From Candidatus Omnitrophota bacterium (GTDB lineage Bacteria; Omnitrophota; Gorgyraeia; Zapsychrales; Fredricksoniimonadaceae), in assembly GCA_903836515.1 (NCBI GenBank), contig CAILQW010000048.1:316-64315 (forward strand): a stretch of 64,000 nt of DNA, read 5' to 3'. The notes beneath the pieces were generated by a model. The model was not told the origin of the DNA and made no database searches. It saw only the letters and a list, made by a program, of their open reading frames with translations. Of the stretch, positions 36,824-47,408 are shown one piece after another. The position numbers and the translations under genes were made by a program. The stretch's first letter is position 1. Each line of letters begins with the position of its first letter.

Positions 36824-38089
36824 ATGAAAGAATTGAGAACGATCATCCTCGCGGCAGGCAAAGGCACGCGTTTTCAGTCTGAAACGCCCAAAGTCCTGCA
36901 TCTTTTGGCAGGCAAGCCGGTCTTGCATTATGTGCTGGATGTCGCCGCCGCGGTGGGTTCTTTGAGAACGTATGTGGTGGTCGGCCACAAGGCGGACATG
37001 GTTCGGGCATCGGTCGGGGCCCGTGCCGAGGTGGTGGTCCAGCACGAACAGCTGGGCACCGCGCATGCCGTGCGTTGCTGCGCCGGTCATTTTAAGGGCG
37101 TTGGCGGCGAAGTGCTTGTGATGTGCGGAGATACGCCCCTGCTGGACAAGGCGGTCATCCGACAGCTTGTTGCGGATCATCGCCGGCAAGGCCGTCAGGC
37201 CACGGTTCTGACCACGATCCTCGCTGATGCGTCGGGCTACGGCCGGATCATCCGGGGCGAGAAGGGCGCGCTCGTGGCTATCCGCGAACAGAAGGATTGT
37301 TCGGCGGAAGAAGCCGCGGTGCGCGAGATCAATACGGGCGTTTACTGTTTCTCGGCGGAGGCGCTTTTCGCGTCGATAGGCAGGATCAGGCCGAACCCGA
37401 AGAAAAAAGAATTTTATCTGACGGATATCATGGCGCTTCTGGCGGCGCAGGGCGGCAGGACCGGGGCTTTTGTGACGGATGCCTGGACCGCGAACCTGGG
37501 GCTTAATACCCGCGCCGACCTGGCGCTGGCCGAAAAAATCTTCCGGGACAAGATCCGCGCGCACTGGATGGAGAACGGGGTCACGCTGGTGGACCCCGCT
37601 ACGATATATATAGAAGACGGCGCGCACATCGGGCAGGACACGGTCATTTATCCCTGCACGTATATTCATGCCGGGGTGCGTATCGGAAAAAATTGTTCGA
37701 TAGGGCCTTTCGCCCGGTTAAGGCCCGGCACGAAGCTGGGAGACGCGGTGGCCGTGGGGAATTTCGCCGAGATTTCGCGCTCGGTCCTGGGCGACGGTGT
37801 CATGATGAAGCATTTCAGTTTTTTGGGTGATGCGGTTGTCGGGGCGTGTGCCAATATCGGCGCAGGCGCGGTGACGGCGAATTACGACGGGCATAATAAA
37901 AACAAGACACGTATCGGGCGCAGGGCCTTCATTGGCTGTGACGCTGTCCTGGTCGCCCCCACGGAGGTGGGGGATGGCGGGGTGGCCGGGGCCGGATGCG
38001 TGGTGACACCTTCCCGGAAGATCCCCCGCGGCATGGTCGGGGTTGGTGTTCCGGTGAGCATTATACAAAAGGCAAAGACCCATGAGTGA
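36824..38089 (+). CDS. glmU: Bifunctional UDP-N-acetylglucosamine pyrophosphorylase / glucosamine-1-phosphate acetyltransferase GlmU
   Basis: ILAAGKGTRF nucleotidyltransferase motif; C-terminal left-handed beta-helix hexapeptide repeats. Confidence 0.85.
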   Translation: MKELRTIILAAGKGTRFQSETPKVLHLLAGKPVLHYVLDVAAAVGSLRTYVVVGHKADMVRASVGARAEVVVQHEQLGTAHAVRCCAGHFKGVGGEVLVMCGDTPLLDKAVIRQLVADHRRQGRQATVLTTILADASGYGRIIRGEKGALVAIREQKDCSAEEAAVREINTGVYCFSAEALFASIGRIRPNPKKKEFYLTDIMALLAAQGGRTGAFVTDAWTANLGLNTRADLALAEKIFRDKIRAHWMENGVTLVDPATIYIEDGAHIGQDTVIYPCTYIHAGVRIGKNCSIGPFARLRPGTKLGDAVAVGNFAEISRSVLGDGVMMKHFSFLGDAVVGACANIGAGAVTANYDGHNKNKTRIGRRAFIGCDAVLVAPTEVGDGGVAGAGCVVTPSRKIPRGMVGVGVPVSIIQKAKTHE

Positions 38090-39029
38090 GATCAGCGTTA
38101 TTTCCGGTAATGCGCACAAGGAGCTGGCGGAGAAGATCTGTGCGTGCCTGGACACGCCTTCGACAGAGGTCCTTTGCGGCCGCTTCAGCGAGGGCGAGAT
38201 CCGCGTCCAGATCGTTTCCAATGTGCGCGGCAAGGATGTTTTTATCATCCAGCCGACCTGCCCGCCGACCAATGACAATTTGATGGAGCTTTTGATCCTC
38301 ATCGATGCGGCCAAGCGTGCTTCCGCCAAGCGCATCACGGCGGTCATCCCCTTTTATGGGTACGCCCGCCAGGACCGCAAGGACCAGCCGCGCGTGCCCA
38401 TCACCGCCAAGCTTGTCGCGAACCTGATCACGGCCGCGGGTGTTGACCGGGTTTTGTGCATGGACCTGCACGCCAGCCAGATCCAGGGGTTTTTCGATAT
38501 TCCCGTAGACCATCTTTACGCGATCAACACCCTGTGCGAGTATTTCGAACAGATGAACATGAAGAATATTGTGGTGGTTTCTCCTGACGTGGGCGGCATC
38601 CGCATGGCGCGCGCGTATGCCAAGCGCCTGAGCGCGGGGCTGGCCATCATTGACAAGCGCCGCATGTCGCCCGAAGAAACCGAGGTCATGAACATCCTCG
38701 GCAAAGTCAAGGGCAAGAACGCGGTCCTCGTGGACGATCTGGTGGCCACGGGCGGTTCGCTCATCGAGGCCATCACGGCCCTCAAGGATGTGGGTGTGGA
38801 AAAGGTCTATGCCGCAGTGACGCACGGGGTCCTGTCCGGCCCCGCCGTGGAAAGGCTTTCGGCTTGCAAGGCGCTCGAGGAACTTGTGATCACCGACAGC
38901 ATCCCGTTGACCAAGGCAAAACGCATCCCGAAGATCAAGCAATTGACCGTCGCGCCCCTGTTGGCCGAGGCGATCAAGCGCATTCATAATGAACAGTCCA
39001 TCAGTTGCCTGTTCGACGTTAATCGTTAG
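38082..39029 (+). CDS. prs: Ribose-phosphate pyrophosphokinase
   Basis: Full-length match to Prs (VVSPDVGGIRMARAYAKRL, DLVATGGSL). Confidence 0.9.
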   Translation: MSEISVISGNAHKELAEKICACLDTPSTEVLCGRFSEGEIRVQIVSNVRGKDVFIIQPTCPPTNDNLMELLILIDAAKRASAKRITAVIPFYGYARQDRKDQPRVPITAKLVANLITAAGVDRVLCMDLHASQIQGFFDIPVDHLYAINTLCEYFEQMNMKNIVVVSPDVGGIRMARAYAKRLSAGLAIIDKRRMSPEETEVMNILGKVKGKNAVLVDDLVATGGSLIEAITALKDVGVEKVYAAVTHGVLSGPAVERLSACKALEELVITDSIPLTKAKRIPKIKQLTVAPLLAEAIKRIHNEQSISCLFDVNR

Positions 39030-39050
39030 TAGAAAAGGTGGTTTAGTGCT

Positions 39051-39788
39051 ATGGAACAGATTGAATTGACCGTTGAAGCAAGAACACTCAAAGGCAGCGG
39101 CCCGTCGTGCCGCATGCGCAAGAAGGGCATTATCCCCGCCGTGATCTATGGCGAGGGGGACAAGTCCCAGGTTGTGCAGCTCGAGCGCAAGGATTTCGAC
39201 CGCATTTTGCGGCATCACGAATCCACCAGTGCGATCTATCATCTGCAGGTGATGGAGGGCGGCAAGAAAAAGAACGAGTACATGGCCCTTCTTAAAGATA
39301 CCCAGTATAATCCGGTGTCGGACATGGTCCAGCATCTGGATTTCATGCATATTTCCATGGACAAAGAGATTGCGATCAAGGTGCCGATTATCCTCAAGGG
39401 GACCGCGGTCGGTCTCAAGAAGGAAGGCGCCACGCTGGAACACATGATCCGCGAGATCGAGGTCATCTGTCTTCCCAAGAATATCCCGAGTCATATCGAC
39501 GTGGATGTCACGCTGGTGGATACCCACGTTTCCATTCACGTCCGCGACCTTACCCTTCCGGAGGGTGTGCGCACGAAGATGGATCCGGGGGCCAGTATTG
39601 TGGCGCTCGTGTTTGCGGACCGCGAGGTCGAGGCGGCAGCGGCTGACGGTGAGGCCAAGCCCGAGCTTGAAGTCATCAAGGAAAAGCCCAAGGATGCGGC
39701 GGCAGCGGGTGCTGCGCCTGCGGCAGGAGCCAAGCCGGCAGCGGGAGCCAAGGCGGCGCCTGCGGCGAAACCTGAGGCGAAGAAGTAA
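39051..39788 (+). CDS. rplY: 50S ribosomal protein L25 / general stress protein Ctc, with an Ala/Lys/Pro-rich C-terminal tail
   Basis: L25 N-terminal and beta-barrel domains; glmU-prs-ctc-pth synteny. Confidence 0.85.
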   Translation: MEQIELTVEARTLKGSGPSCRMRKKGIIPAVIYGEGDKSQVVQLERKDFDRILRHHESTSAIYHLQVMEGGKKKNEYMALLKDTQYNPVSDMVQHLDFMHISMDKEIAIKVPIILKGTAVGLKKEGATLEHMIREIEVICLPKNIPSHIDVDVTLVDTHVSIHVRDLTLPEGVRTKMDPGASIVALVFADREVEAAAADGEAKPELEVIKEKPKDAAAAGAAPAAGAKPAAGAKAAPAAKPEAKK

Positions 39789-39795
39789 TTGGGGT

Positions 39796-40398
39796 ATGGT
39801 CTTGGCGAGGACTAAACTCATCGTCGGGTTGGGTAATCCCGGACGGGAATACGAAAAGACGCGGCATAATTTCGGGTTTATGGCGGTGCAGCGTGTCGCG
39901 CAAGGGTATGGCGCCGGTTTCAAGGCATGCCGGCACGCGGCGGCGTTTACGGCCGAGATGCGTGAGGGCGGCGACAAAACGGTTTTTGTCCTGCCGCAGA
40001 CGTTCATGAACAATTCGGGGGCTGCGGTCGGGAATATCGTCCGTTTTGAGAATATCACCCCTGCAGACATCCTGGTCGTCTGCGATGACCTGCGGACCGG
40101 TTTCGGGGCGTTGCGCCTGCGCGCGGAGGGTTCCGACGGAGGGCATAACGGCCTTAAGTCGATCACCGCACACCTGGGGACGGATGCCTACGCGCGGCTC
40201 AAACTGGGGATCGGCCCTTTGCCGTTGTCGTTGGACCTGGGGGCCCAGACGGATTTTGTGCTGGGGTGCTTTAGTGCGGCGGAAGTGAAAGATATAGACG
40301 GGATTCTTGAGAGCGCAGCGGATTGCTGTCGCCTGTGGCTGGCGGGGGATATGGCCAGGGCGATGACACGGCACAACAAAAGGAAGGACAATGAATAA
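39796..40398 (+). CDS. pth: Peptidyl-tRNA hydrolase
   Basis: LIVGLGNPGREYEKTRHNFGF; start ATG 39796 chosen rather than the upstream ORF-track start. Confidence 0.85.
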   Translation: MVLARTKLIVGLGNPGREYEKTRHNFGFMAVQRVAQGYGAGFKACRHAAAFTAEMREGGDKTVFVLPQTFMNNSGAAVGNIVRFENITPADILVVCDDLRTGFGALRLRAEGSDGGHNGLKSITAHLGTDAYARLKLGIGPLPLSLDLGAQTDFVLGCFSAAEVKDIDGILESAADCCRLWLAGDMARAMTRHNKRKDNE

Positions 40399-40693
40399 GT
40401 ACGAACTGGTTTATATTGTGGACGCGCGCCTGTCGGACGCGGAAAAAGGCGACGTTGCCAAGCTGGTGGCGGACATGATCGCCAAAGCTGGCGGCAAGAT
40501 CGCCAATGCGGCCGTATGGTTTGAGCGGCAGAAAATGTCGTTTCCCATCGGCAAGGTCATCGAGGGGACGTATTACCTGTTGAGTGTAGACGGGAATCCT
40601 GCCGAGATGGCGAAGTTGCGCCGTGAATTGCAGATCAGCGAACGTGTGTTGCGTTTTTTGATCATCAGGGTTGAGCCGGCCAAGGTTGTCTGA
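40391..40693 (+). CDS. rpsF: 30S ribosomal protein S6
   Basis: MNKYELVYIV...; rpsF-ssb-rpsR-rplI synteny. Confidence 0.85.
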   Translation: MNKYELVYIVDARLSDAEKGDVAKLVADMIAKAGGKIANAAVWFERQKMSFPIGKVIEGTYYLLSVDGNPAEMAKLRRELQISERVLRFLIIRVEPAKVV

Positions 40694-40727
40694 GGCGTCC
40701 GTATCCATGCATGACGGAGGATGATCA

Positions 40728-41177
40728 ATGCCCAGTCTGAACAAGGTGATGTTGATCGGTAATCTGACAAAAGATCCGGAATTGCGTTATACGCCCAACG
40801 GGACCGCGGTGGCCAATTTGCGTATTGCGGTCAACCGCAAGTTCAAGGACCGTACGGGAGAGCTGAAGGAAGACACCTGTTTTGTAACGGTCACGGCATG
40901 GGACAAGCAGGCGGAAGTTTGCAATCAGTATTTGCAGAAAGGCCGTCCGATCTTTGTGGAGGGCATCCTGCAGTCCCGTTCCTGGGAGACGCCTGACGGA
41001 CAAAAGCGCAGCACGATCGATGTCCGCGCGGAGCGCATCCAGTTTATGGGAGGGACCCCCGGAGGTGCCAGGGGCGCAGAGGCTGGCGGAAGCGGCGAGG
41101 GCGCGCCGGGCGTGTCCAGCGAGGGTGAGGCATCGCCGGATGTTGTTCGTCCGGAAGATATCGCCTGGGAAGAATAA
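40728..41177 (+). CDS. ssb: Single-stranded DNA-binding protein
   Basis: OB-fold ([22 protein letters not shown]), Gly-rich linker, acidic C-terminus. Confidence 0.85.
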   Translation: MPSLNKVMLIGNLTKDPELRYTPNGTAVANLRIAVNRKFKDRTGELKEDTCFVTVTAWDKQAEVCNQYLQKGRPIFVEGILQSRSWETPDGQKRSTIDVRAERIQFMGGTPGGARGAEAGGSGEGAPGVSSEGEASPDVVRPEDIAWEE

Positions 41178-41218
41178 AGCCCCAAGGTCCAGGGGCGGAT
41201 TATATAAAGGAGGATAAA

Positions 41219-41491
41219 TTGGAAAAGTCATTCAGCAAGTCAACAAAAACAAAGAGCAAGAACAAGAAACCCCGCAGGGTTACCAGGACCCCCAGGTTCC
41301 TGGTTGAACTGCCGGAGGTCATTGATTACAAAGATATTGCCACGCTCAGGAAGCTTCTGAGCGAGCGCGGGAAGATCCTGTCCCGTCGTTTCACAGGGGT
41401 GAGCGCGAAGAATCAGCGTTTGCTCTGCGAAGCGATCAAACGGTCCAGGTTCTTGGGTTTGTTGCCGGTTGGTTCTGCAAAAAGGAAGTAA
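41219..41491 (+). CDS. rpsR: 30S ribosomal protein S18
   Basis: [38 protein letters not shown]. Confidence 0.8.
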   Translation: MEKSFSKSTKTKSKNKKPRRVTRTPRFLVELPEVIDYKDIATLRKLLSERGKILSRRFTGVSAKNQRLLCEAIKRSRFLGLLPVGSAKRK

Positions 41492-41494
41492 ACG

Positions 41495-41938
41495 ATGGAT
41501 GTTATTCTTTGTCAGGATGTGGTCAGCCTGGGTAAGGCTGGTGAAGTGGTCAAGGTCAAGGACGGGTACGCGCGCAATTATCTGATCCCGCGCCAGGCGG
41601 CTATGGCCGCGACCAAGGAGAATTTGAAGCATGCCCAGAAGGTCAAGGCCAAGCTGGCTGAAGCCTACGAGGCACAGCGGAAAGAGGCGCAAACCCAGGC
41701 CGCGAAGTTTGCCAAGGTTTCATGCACCATTACGGTCGAAGTCAACGACCAGGAAAAGCTTTACGGTGCTGTGCCCGAATCCGATATTCTCAGGGCCCTC
41801 GAACAGGAAGGTTTCAAGGTTGAGCGCAAGGACCTTGTGATCGAAAAACCGGTCGAGGAGCTGGGGATTTTTGAGATCGGCGTGAAACTGCATCCGGATG
41901 TAACGGCCAAGTTCCGGTTATGGGTCACGAAGAAATAA
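41495..41938 (+). CDS. rplI: 50S ribosomal protein L9
   Basis: MDVILCQDVVSLGKAGEVVKVKDGYARNYLIP. Confidence 0.85.
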   Translation: MDVILCQDVVSLGKAGEVVKVKDGYARNYLIPRQAAMAATKENLKHAQKVKAKLAEAYEAQRKEAQTQAAKFAKVSCTITVEVNDQEKLYGAVPESDILRALEQEGFKVERKDLVIEKPVEELGIFEIGVKLHPDVTAKFRLWVTKK

Positions 41939-43257
41939 GAGTCCCGCCCCAGAGTCAGGCGGCGGAGCGTGCCGTTCTGGGTGCGATGCTTTTGGATGAA
42001 GATGCTATCGGGGCTGTGATCGAAAGCCTCGATAGCTCTTTTTTTTATGATGCATCGCACCAGAAGATCTACGACGGGATGGTCCGCTTGTATGCTGACC
42101 GTAAGAACGTGGATATCATCACGCTGGGCGACCGCCTGAAAAGCGACGGCGTGCTCGAATCGGTGGGCGGTTCCGCTTACCTGGCCGAACTGGCCGATTC
42201 AATTCCCACGGCGGCCAATGTTCTTTATCATGTGGAGATCGTCAAGGAAAAGGGGCTCAAGCGCAAGCTCATCAAGAGCGCGACCGAGATCGTCGCGCGC
42301 AGTTACGAGGACGGGGCAGAGGCCGGTGTCCTGGTGGATGATGCGGAGCGCCTGATCTTCGAGATCGCGCATGCCCGCCAGAAACAGCAGGCATTCGCGG
42401 TCAAGGATATCGTCAAGGAGACCATCAAGGTCATCGATTCCTTGTATCACCGCAAGGAAACGGTGACCGGTGTCCCGACGGGGTTCTATGCCTTTGACAA
42501 GCTCACCTCGGGCCTGCAGCGTTCGGATCTGATCATTGTGGCGGCACGCCCGTCCATGGGCAAGAGCGCTTTTGCCGCGACCATCGCCGAGCATGCGGCC
42601 ATCGACAAGGGCGTGGGGGTGGCGTTCTTCAGCCTGGAAATGTCCAAGGAACAGGTCGTGATGCGCATGCTCTGTTCGCAGGCGCGTGTGGACGCCTCCA
42701 AGGTCCGCACGGGGATGCTGGCGTCTTCGGACTGGCCGCTGTTGACCCGCGCGGCCGCGCGCTTGTCCAATATTCCTTTTTTTATCGACGACACCCCGGC
42801 GATTTCGCCGCTGGAACTGCGCGCCAAGGCGCGCCGGTTGAAGGCGTCCAGCAATATCGGGTTGATCGTGGTCGATTACCTTCAGCTCATGCGTTCTTCC
42901 GTCCGCGCGGAGAACCGCCAGCAGGAGATCTCCGAGATCTCGCGGTCGCTCAAGGCGCTGGCGCGCGAATTGAGCGTCCCGGTGATTGCCATCAGCCAGC
43001 TTTCACGCGCGGTGGAAAGCCGTCAGGATCACAGGCCCCAGTTGTCGGACTTGAGGGAATCGGGAGCCATTGAACAGGACGCGGATGTGGTGGTCCTGCT
43101 GGTGCGCGAAGATTATTACGATGCCAAGCCGGAAAATATCGGGCTGGCGGACATCATTATCGCCAAGCAGCGCAACGGGCCCACGGACACTGTTAAGTTG
43201 AGATTTTCCAAGCAGTTTGTCCGCTTCGATAATCTTGACATGACCCACCAAGAATAG
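41920..43257 (+). CDS. dnaB: Replicative DNA helicase DnaB
   Basis: N-terminal DnaB domain; Walker A (AARPSMGKSAFA); RecA-like C-terminal region. Confidence 0.9.
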   Translation: MGHEEIRVPPQSQAAERAVLGAMLLDEDAIGAVIESLDSSFFYDASHQKIYDGMVRLYADRKNVDIITLGDRLKSDGVLESVGGSAYLAELADSIPTAANVLYHVEIVKEKGLKRKLIKSATEIVARSYEDGAEAGVLVDDAERLIFEIAHARQKQQAFAVKDIVKETIKVIDSLYHRKETVTGVPTGFYAFDKLTSGLQRSDLIIVAARPSMGKSAFAATIAEHAAIDKGVGVAFFSLEMSKEQVVMRMLCSQARVDASKVRTGMLASSDWPLLTRAAARLSNIPFFIDDTPAISPLELRAKARRLKASSNIGLIVVDYLQLMRSSVRAENRQQEISEISRSLKALARELSVPVIAISQLSRAVESRQDHRPQLSDLRESGAIEQDADVVVLLVREDYYDAKPENIGLADIIIAKQRNGPTDTVKLRFSKQFVRFDNLDMTHQE

Positions 43258-43305
43258 ACAGATTCGTTTTGACAGCCGCAGACAAGGAAAGTATAATTCA
43301 ACTCT

Positions 43306-45774
43306 ATGAAAAAAATACCCCTTCTCCCTTTTAACGTGTTGGTTGTGTTTTTCCTGATGATCTTTGCCGGGGCTCTCCAGGCCCAGGAAACCAAAGATCC
43401 CGCGGTGGTCAATGCCGCGCTGGACGCGGTGGAGACCGCGGCTGAACCCGCGGTTGCGGTTAAAGAGGCACCGGCCTCTGCACCGCCAGCTGTGGCGGCG
43501 CCTGAAGCGCCTGCGTCGCCTGCGGTGGTTCCGGCGGCAAGTGAAGCGCCTGCGGACAAGATCGTGAAGTCGATCGATATCCAGGGGCAAAAGTCGATCG
43601 GTATCGCCACGATCCTGACCAAGATCAAGACGCGCGTGGGCCAGGAATACCGCCAGGCGGTCATTTCCGACGATCTCAAGAGACTTTATAATACCGGTTA
43701 CTTCTCGGATGTGCGTGTGGACCGTCAGGAGGAAGGCGACGGCCTGAAGGTTATCATTTATGTGGACGAGAAACCGATCGTCGAGGAGATCACGTTCTCG
43801 AAGATCCGTTATTACAGCAAGAAAGTCATCCTGTCCAAGATCAAGACCCAGGTGGGCAAATTCTTCGACAAGAAATCGCTCAATGACGACATCAATACCA
43901 TCAAGGACCTTTATATCAAGAAGGGCCTGACCCAGGTCGAAGTCGATACGGAGCAGTTCCTGGATGCGGCAACCAACAAGGTGAGCCTGCATGTTGTCAT
44001 CCGTGAAGGTTATCGTGTGAAGGTCCGCAAGATCAGCATCCTGGGCAATGCAGCTTACAACGACGACAAGGTCATCAAGGCCATGAAGTCGCGCTCCGCC
44101 TGGATCTTTAATGCCGGTTTTTTCAAGGAAGAGGTCCTTACCGAGGACATGGAGCGCATCCAGGCGTTCTACGAGAAGAACGGCTACATCGACGCAAAGG
44201 CCGCCTACACGGTCGAAAAGTTGAACCGCGGCCTGGTGAATGTGGATGTGACGGTTGAGGAAGGCAAGCGGTATTATGTCGGGGATGTGACCCTGACAGG
44301 GAACCTGATCGTTTCTTCCGCCGAGATTGATGCCGGGATGAAGGACATCAAGAAGGGCCGGATCTTCTCCAAGGCCAGGCTCGCGGACGATGTGGCCAAT
44401 GTCCGCTCCCTTTATTTCGACAAGGGCTATATTTTTGCCAAGATCAACGAGTCCACGTCGCTCAATCCCGAGAACGGGCAGGTGGATATCAAGATGGATA
44501 TCCAGGAAGGCGGGATCGCCTACATCAACAAGATCCAGGTGCAGGGCAATACCCAGACACGCGATATCGTCATCCGCCGCGAACTGCGCATGTATCCGGG
44601 GGATCAGTTCGACGGTGTTAAACTGCGCCGCAGCAAGGAGCGCCTCAATAATCTCGGTTATTTCGAGGACGTGAATTTTGATATCCAGGATACGGATGTC
44701 CAGGACCAGAAGGACCTCATGGTTGAAGTGAAGGAAGCCAAGACCGGGTCGTTCAGTTTTGGCGGCGGGTATTCGACCGTTGACAGCCTCCTGGGGTTCG
44801 TCGAGGTGGAGCAGAAGAACTTCGATTTTGCCAACTGGCCCACATTCACCGGCGGCGGCCAGAGGATCTCCATGCGCGCCGAGGTCGGGTCCACGAAGAA
44901 TAACGAGACCCTCTCGTTCACCGAGCCGTGGATGTTCGATTATCCGATTTCCGGCGGGTTTGATATTTACCGCATGCAGCACCAGCGCGCGACCGATACG
45001 GGCTATGCCTATGACCAGACGCGCACCGGGATCAAGCTGCGCGCCGGCAAGGAGCTTTCGGATTATCTGTCGACCGCCGGGTATTATCGTCTGGAAAACA
45101 TCAATATCAGCAACATGGAAACCGGGGTTTCGAGCGATCTGCAGGCCGAGGTCGGCAAGAACACTGTCAGCTCCGTGGGCGGTTCGTTGACCAACGACCA
45201 CCGCGACAGTACGATCTCCCCGACCAAAGGATGGATCGGCACGGTGTCTTCCGATGTTGCCGGCGGGCCTTTTGGCGGCGACAAGGACTTTTACCGCCTG
45301 GAGACCAATGCGTCGTATTATGTCCCGCTGAAGTACAATTCCGTCATTGAGTTGAGCGGCCGCGCCGGCATCGTGGATGCCTACGGCAATTCGAAGAAAG
45401 TTCCGATCTTCGAGCGTTACTTTGCAGGCGGCGCCCAGTCTATCCGGGGCTACAGCGAGCGCGGCGTCGGTCCGGTAGATGCCAACACCAATGATCCTAT
45501 CGGCGGCGAATCGCTCCTCCTGGGCACGGTCGAATACACGATCCCTCTGGTGGAGGTCATCAAGCTGGCCCTTTTCTTTGACACGGGCAGCGTGGCGGCC
45601 AAATACGGGGATATTTTTTCGGACAAGATTTATTCCGGTTACGGGATGGGGTTCCGCGTCAAGACACCCATCGGTCCCATGAAGCTCGACTATGGCATTC
45701 CGCTTGACAAGGAGCCGGGGGAAGCGACCCGCAAGAGCGGCAAATTCTACTTTAGTGTGAGCCGCGGTTTTTAA
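43306..45774 (+). CDS. bamA: Outer membrane protein assembly factor BamA
   Basis: Signal peptide; Ala/Pro-rich linker; five POTRA-like repeats; C-terminal 16-strand beta-barrel ending in a terminal Phe. Confidence 0.9.
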   Translation: MKKIPLLPFNVLVVFFLMIFAGALQAQETKDPAVVNAALDAVETAAEPAVAVKEAPASAPPAVAAPEAPASPAVVPAASEAPADKIVKSIDIQGQKSIGIATILTKIKTRVGQEYRQAVISDDLKRLYNTGYFSDVRVDRQEEGDGLKVIIYVDEKPIVEEITFSKIRYYSKKVILSKIKTQVGKFFDKKSLNDDINTIKDLYIKKGLTQVEVDTEQFLDAATNKVSLHVVIREGYRVKVRKISILGNAAYNDDKVIKAMKSRSAWIFNAGFFKEEVLTEDMERIQAFYEKNGYIDAKAAYTVEKLNRGLVNVDVTVEEGKRYYVGDVTLTGNLIVSSAEIDAGMKDIKKGRIFSKARLADDVANVRSLYFDKGYIFAKINESTSLNPENGQVDIKMDIQEGGIAYINKIQVQGNTQTRDIVIRRELRMYPGDQFDGVKLRRSKERLNNLGYFEDVNFDIQDTDVQDQKDLMVEVKEAKTGSFSFGGGYSTVDSLLGFVEVEQKNFDFANWPTFTGGGQRISMRAEVGSTKNNETLSFTEPWMFDYPISGGFDIYRMQHQRATDTGYAYDQTRTGIKLRAGKELSDYLSTAGYYRLENINISNMETGVSSDLQAEVGKNTVSSVGGSLTNDHRDSTISPTKGWIGTVSSDVAGGPFGGDKDFYRLETNASYYVPLKYNSVIELSGRAGIVDAYGNSKKVPIFERYFAGGAQSIRGYSERGVGPVDANTNDPIGGESLLLGTVEYTIPLVEVIKLALFFDTGSVAAKYGDIFSDKIYSGYGMGFRVKTPIGPMKLDYGIPLDKEPGEATRKSGKFYFSVSRGF

Positions 45775-45826
45775 CGCGGGGGTTGACTGAAATTTTTCGT
45801 TCATACATCGTATAAAAGGAGGGGTT

Positions 45827-46357
45827 ATGGGTTCGTTGAAAAAATTGGCGGTGATACTGGCATTGGTGGGGGCGGGGATGTTCGCTGTTCCCCAGGCGCA
45901 GGCCCAGGACTTTAAAGGCAAGGTGGCTTATGTGAACCTTAGCCGCGTATTCGATGAGTATGAGAAGACCAAGGTGTATGACAAGGTCCTCGAGGCCGAT
46001 AACACCAAGTTCCAGGAAGAGCGCAACAAGAAGATCGAGGCTATCCGTGAACTCCAGGGCAAGACGGCCGCGCTGAAGGAGAACGAAAAAGCCAAGACGG
46101 ACAAGGATATCGAGAAGCTCAAGAGCGAGCTCATGGCGTTTGATCAGCAGAAGCGCACAGACCTGACCAAGGCACGCGACGAGCGGGTGCGTGAGATCCT
46201 GATGGAGATCGAAAAGGTCGTCAGCGAGTATGCCAAGAAAGAAGGGTATTCTTTTGTGTTCAACGATCGCGTGCTGATTTACGGGGCCGAGACCATGAAC
46301 ATCACCGAACCCATCTTGAAGGCGCTCAACGAGACCTACAAACAGGCCAAGAAATAA
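45827..46357 (+). CDS. skp: OmpH/Skp periplasmic chaperone
   Basis: Signal peptide plus coiled-coil OmpH-like region; bamA-skp-lpxD synteny; RBS AAGGAGG. Confidence 0.75.
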   Translation: MGSLKKLAVILALVGAGMFAVPQAQAQDFKGKVAYVNLSRVFDEYEKTKVYDKVLEADNTKFQEERNKKIEAIRELQGKTAALKENEKAKTDKDIEKLKSELMAFDQQKRTDLTKARDERVREILMEIEKVVSEYAKKEGYSFVFNDRVLIYGAETMNITEPILKALNETYKQAKK

Positions 46358-46367
46358 CTGTTGTTTC

Positions 46368-47408
46368 ATGGAAAAAAAACTCTCGGATATCGCGAACGAA
46401 ATCCAGGGGCGCGTCGTCGGTGACGGCGCGCTTCTTGTTAGGGGGGTGTGCGGGATCAAGGAGGCCAAGGCGGGTGATCTGACCTTCCTGGCGAATCCCA
46501 AGTACCTGGCCCAGGCCGCGTTCACGCAGGCATCTGCCATCATTGTCGGGCCGGATGTCCTGGTGGCAGGCAAGACGGTTATTCAGACGGAGAATCCCTC
46601 CCTGGCGTTTTCCCGGGTGGTGTCCATGATCAAGGAGGACCTGACGCCCAGGCTTCAGGGCGTGCATCCTTCCGCCGTGATCCATCCTTCGGCTTCTATC
46701 GGCGAAGGGGCCGGGATCGGGCCGTATGTGGTTGTGGAGCGGGATGTCAAAATAGGTGCCGGGACGGTCATCTGTGCCGGGACGTATATCGGCCAGAAGA
46801 CCGTCATCGGCGCGCATTGTCTGATCTATCCGCATGTGACCATCCGTGAGGATGTAACGCTCGGGAGCCGGGTGATCATCCATAGCGCAACGGTGGTGGG
46901 GTCCGACGGGTTTGGTTATCTGACGATCGAAGGGGCCCATATGAAGATCCCCCAGATGGGCACGGTCGTCATCGAGGATGACGTGGAGATCGGTGCGTGT
47001 GTCACCATTGACCGGGCGCGTTTCGATAAAACGCTGATCGGCCGCGGGACGAAGATCGATAATCTCGTGCAGATCGCCCACAATGTCCGTATCGGCGAGA
47101 ATTGTTTTATCATCGCGCTGGCCGGGATCGCGGGGAGCGCCGCCATCGGGGATAATGCTATCATCGCCGGACAGGTCGGGGTGGCAGGGCATGTCCAGGT
47201 GGGCGATGGCGCGATGGTGGCGGCGCAGTCGGGCATCACCAAAGATGTGCCGGCGGGCATGAAAATGTTCGGGACTCCGGCGCAGGAATACAAGCAGGCG
47301 GTGCGGGAAATGGGGCTTGTCAGCCGTTTGGGGCAATATGTCGACCGGTTGGCCGCGCTTGAAGAACGGCTTAAGCTTATCGAAGAAAAATCAGGGATCA
47401 AGGCATGA
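46368..47408 (+). CDS. lpxD: UDP-3-O-acylglucosamine N-acyltransferase
   Basis: N-terminal LpxD domain plus hexapeptide-repeat beta-helix. Confidence 0.85.
   Translation: MEKKLSDIANEIQGRVVGDGALLVRGVCGIKEAKAGDLTFLANPKYLAQAAFTQASAIIVGPDVLVAGKTVIQTENPSLAFSRVVSMIKEDLTPRLQGVHPSAVIHPSASIGEGAGIGPYVVVERDVKIGAGTVICAGTYIGQKTVIGAHCLIYPHVTIREDVTLGSRVIIHSATVVGSDGFGYLTIEGAHMKIPQMGTVVIEDDVEIGACVTIDRARFDKTLIGRGTKIDNLVQIAHNVRIGENCFIIALAGIAGSAAIGDNAIIAGQVGVAGHVQVGDGAMVAAQSGITKDVPAGMKMFGTPAQEYKQAVREMGLVSRLGQYVDRLAALEERLKLIEEKSGIKA

Noticed and set aside
38061-40166. Long minus-strand ORFs in the core region (for example 38061-40166, 43003-45921, 33064-34521, 47903-49189)
   Set aside because: They are antisense to well-supported + strand genes (prs/L25/pth, bamA, sensor kinase/REC-Fis regulator/SDR oxidoreductase, lpxC/lpxA). 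Their translations are low-complexity Arg/Gly/Pro-rich, as expected for spurious ORFs in GC-rich DNA.
43380-43560. Ala/Pro-rich repeats at the BamA N-terminus and the Ala/Lys-rich tail of L25 (39640-39786)
   Set aside because: These are low-complexity linker or tail regions of otherwise normal proteins. They are compositional in a GC-rich genome and do not form a separate element.
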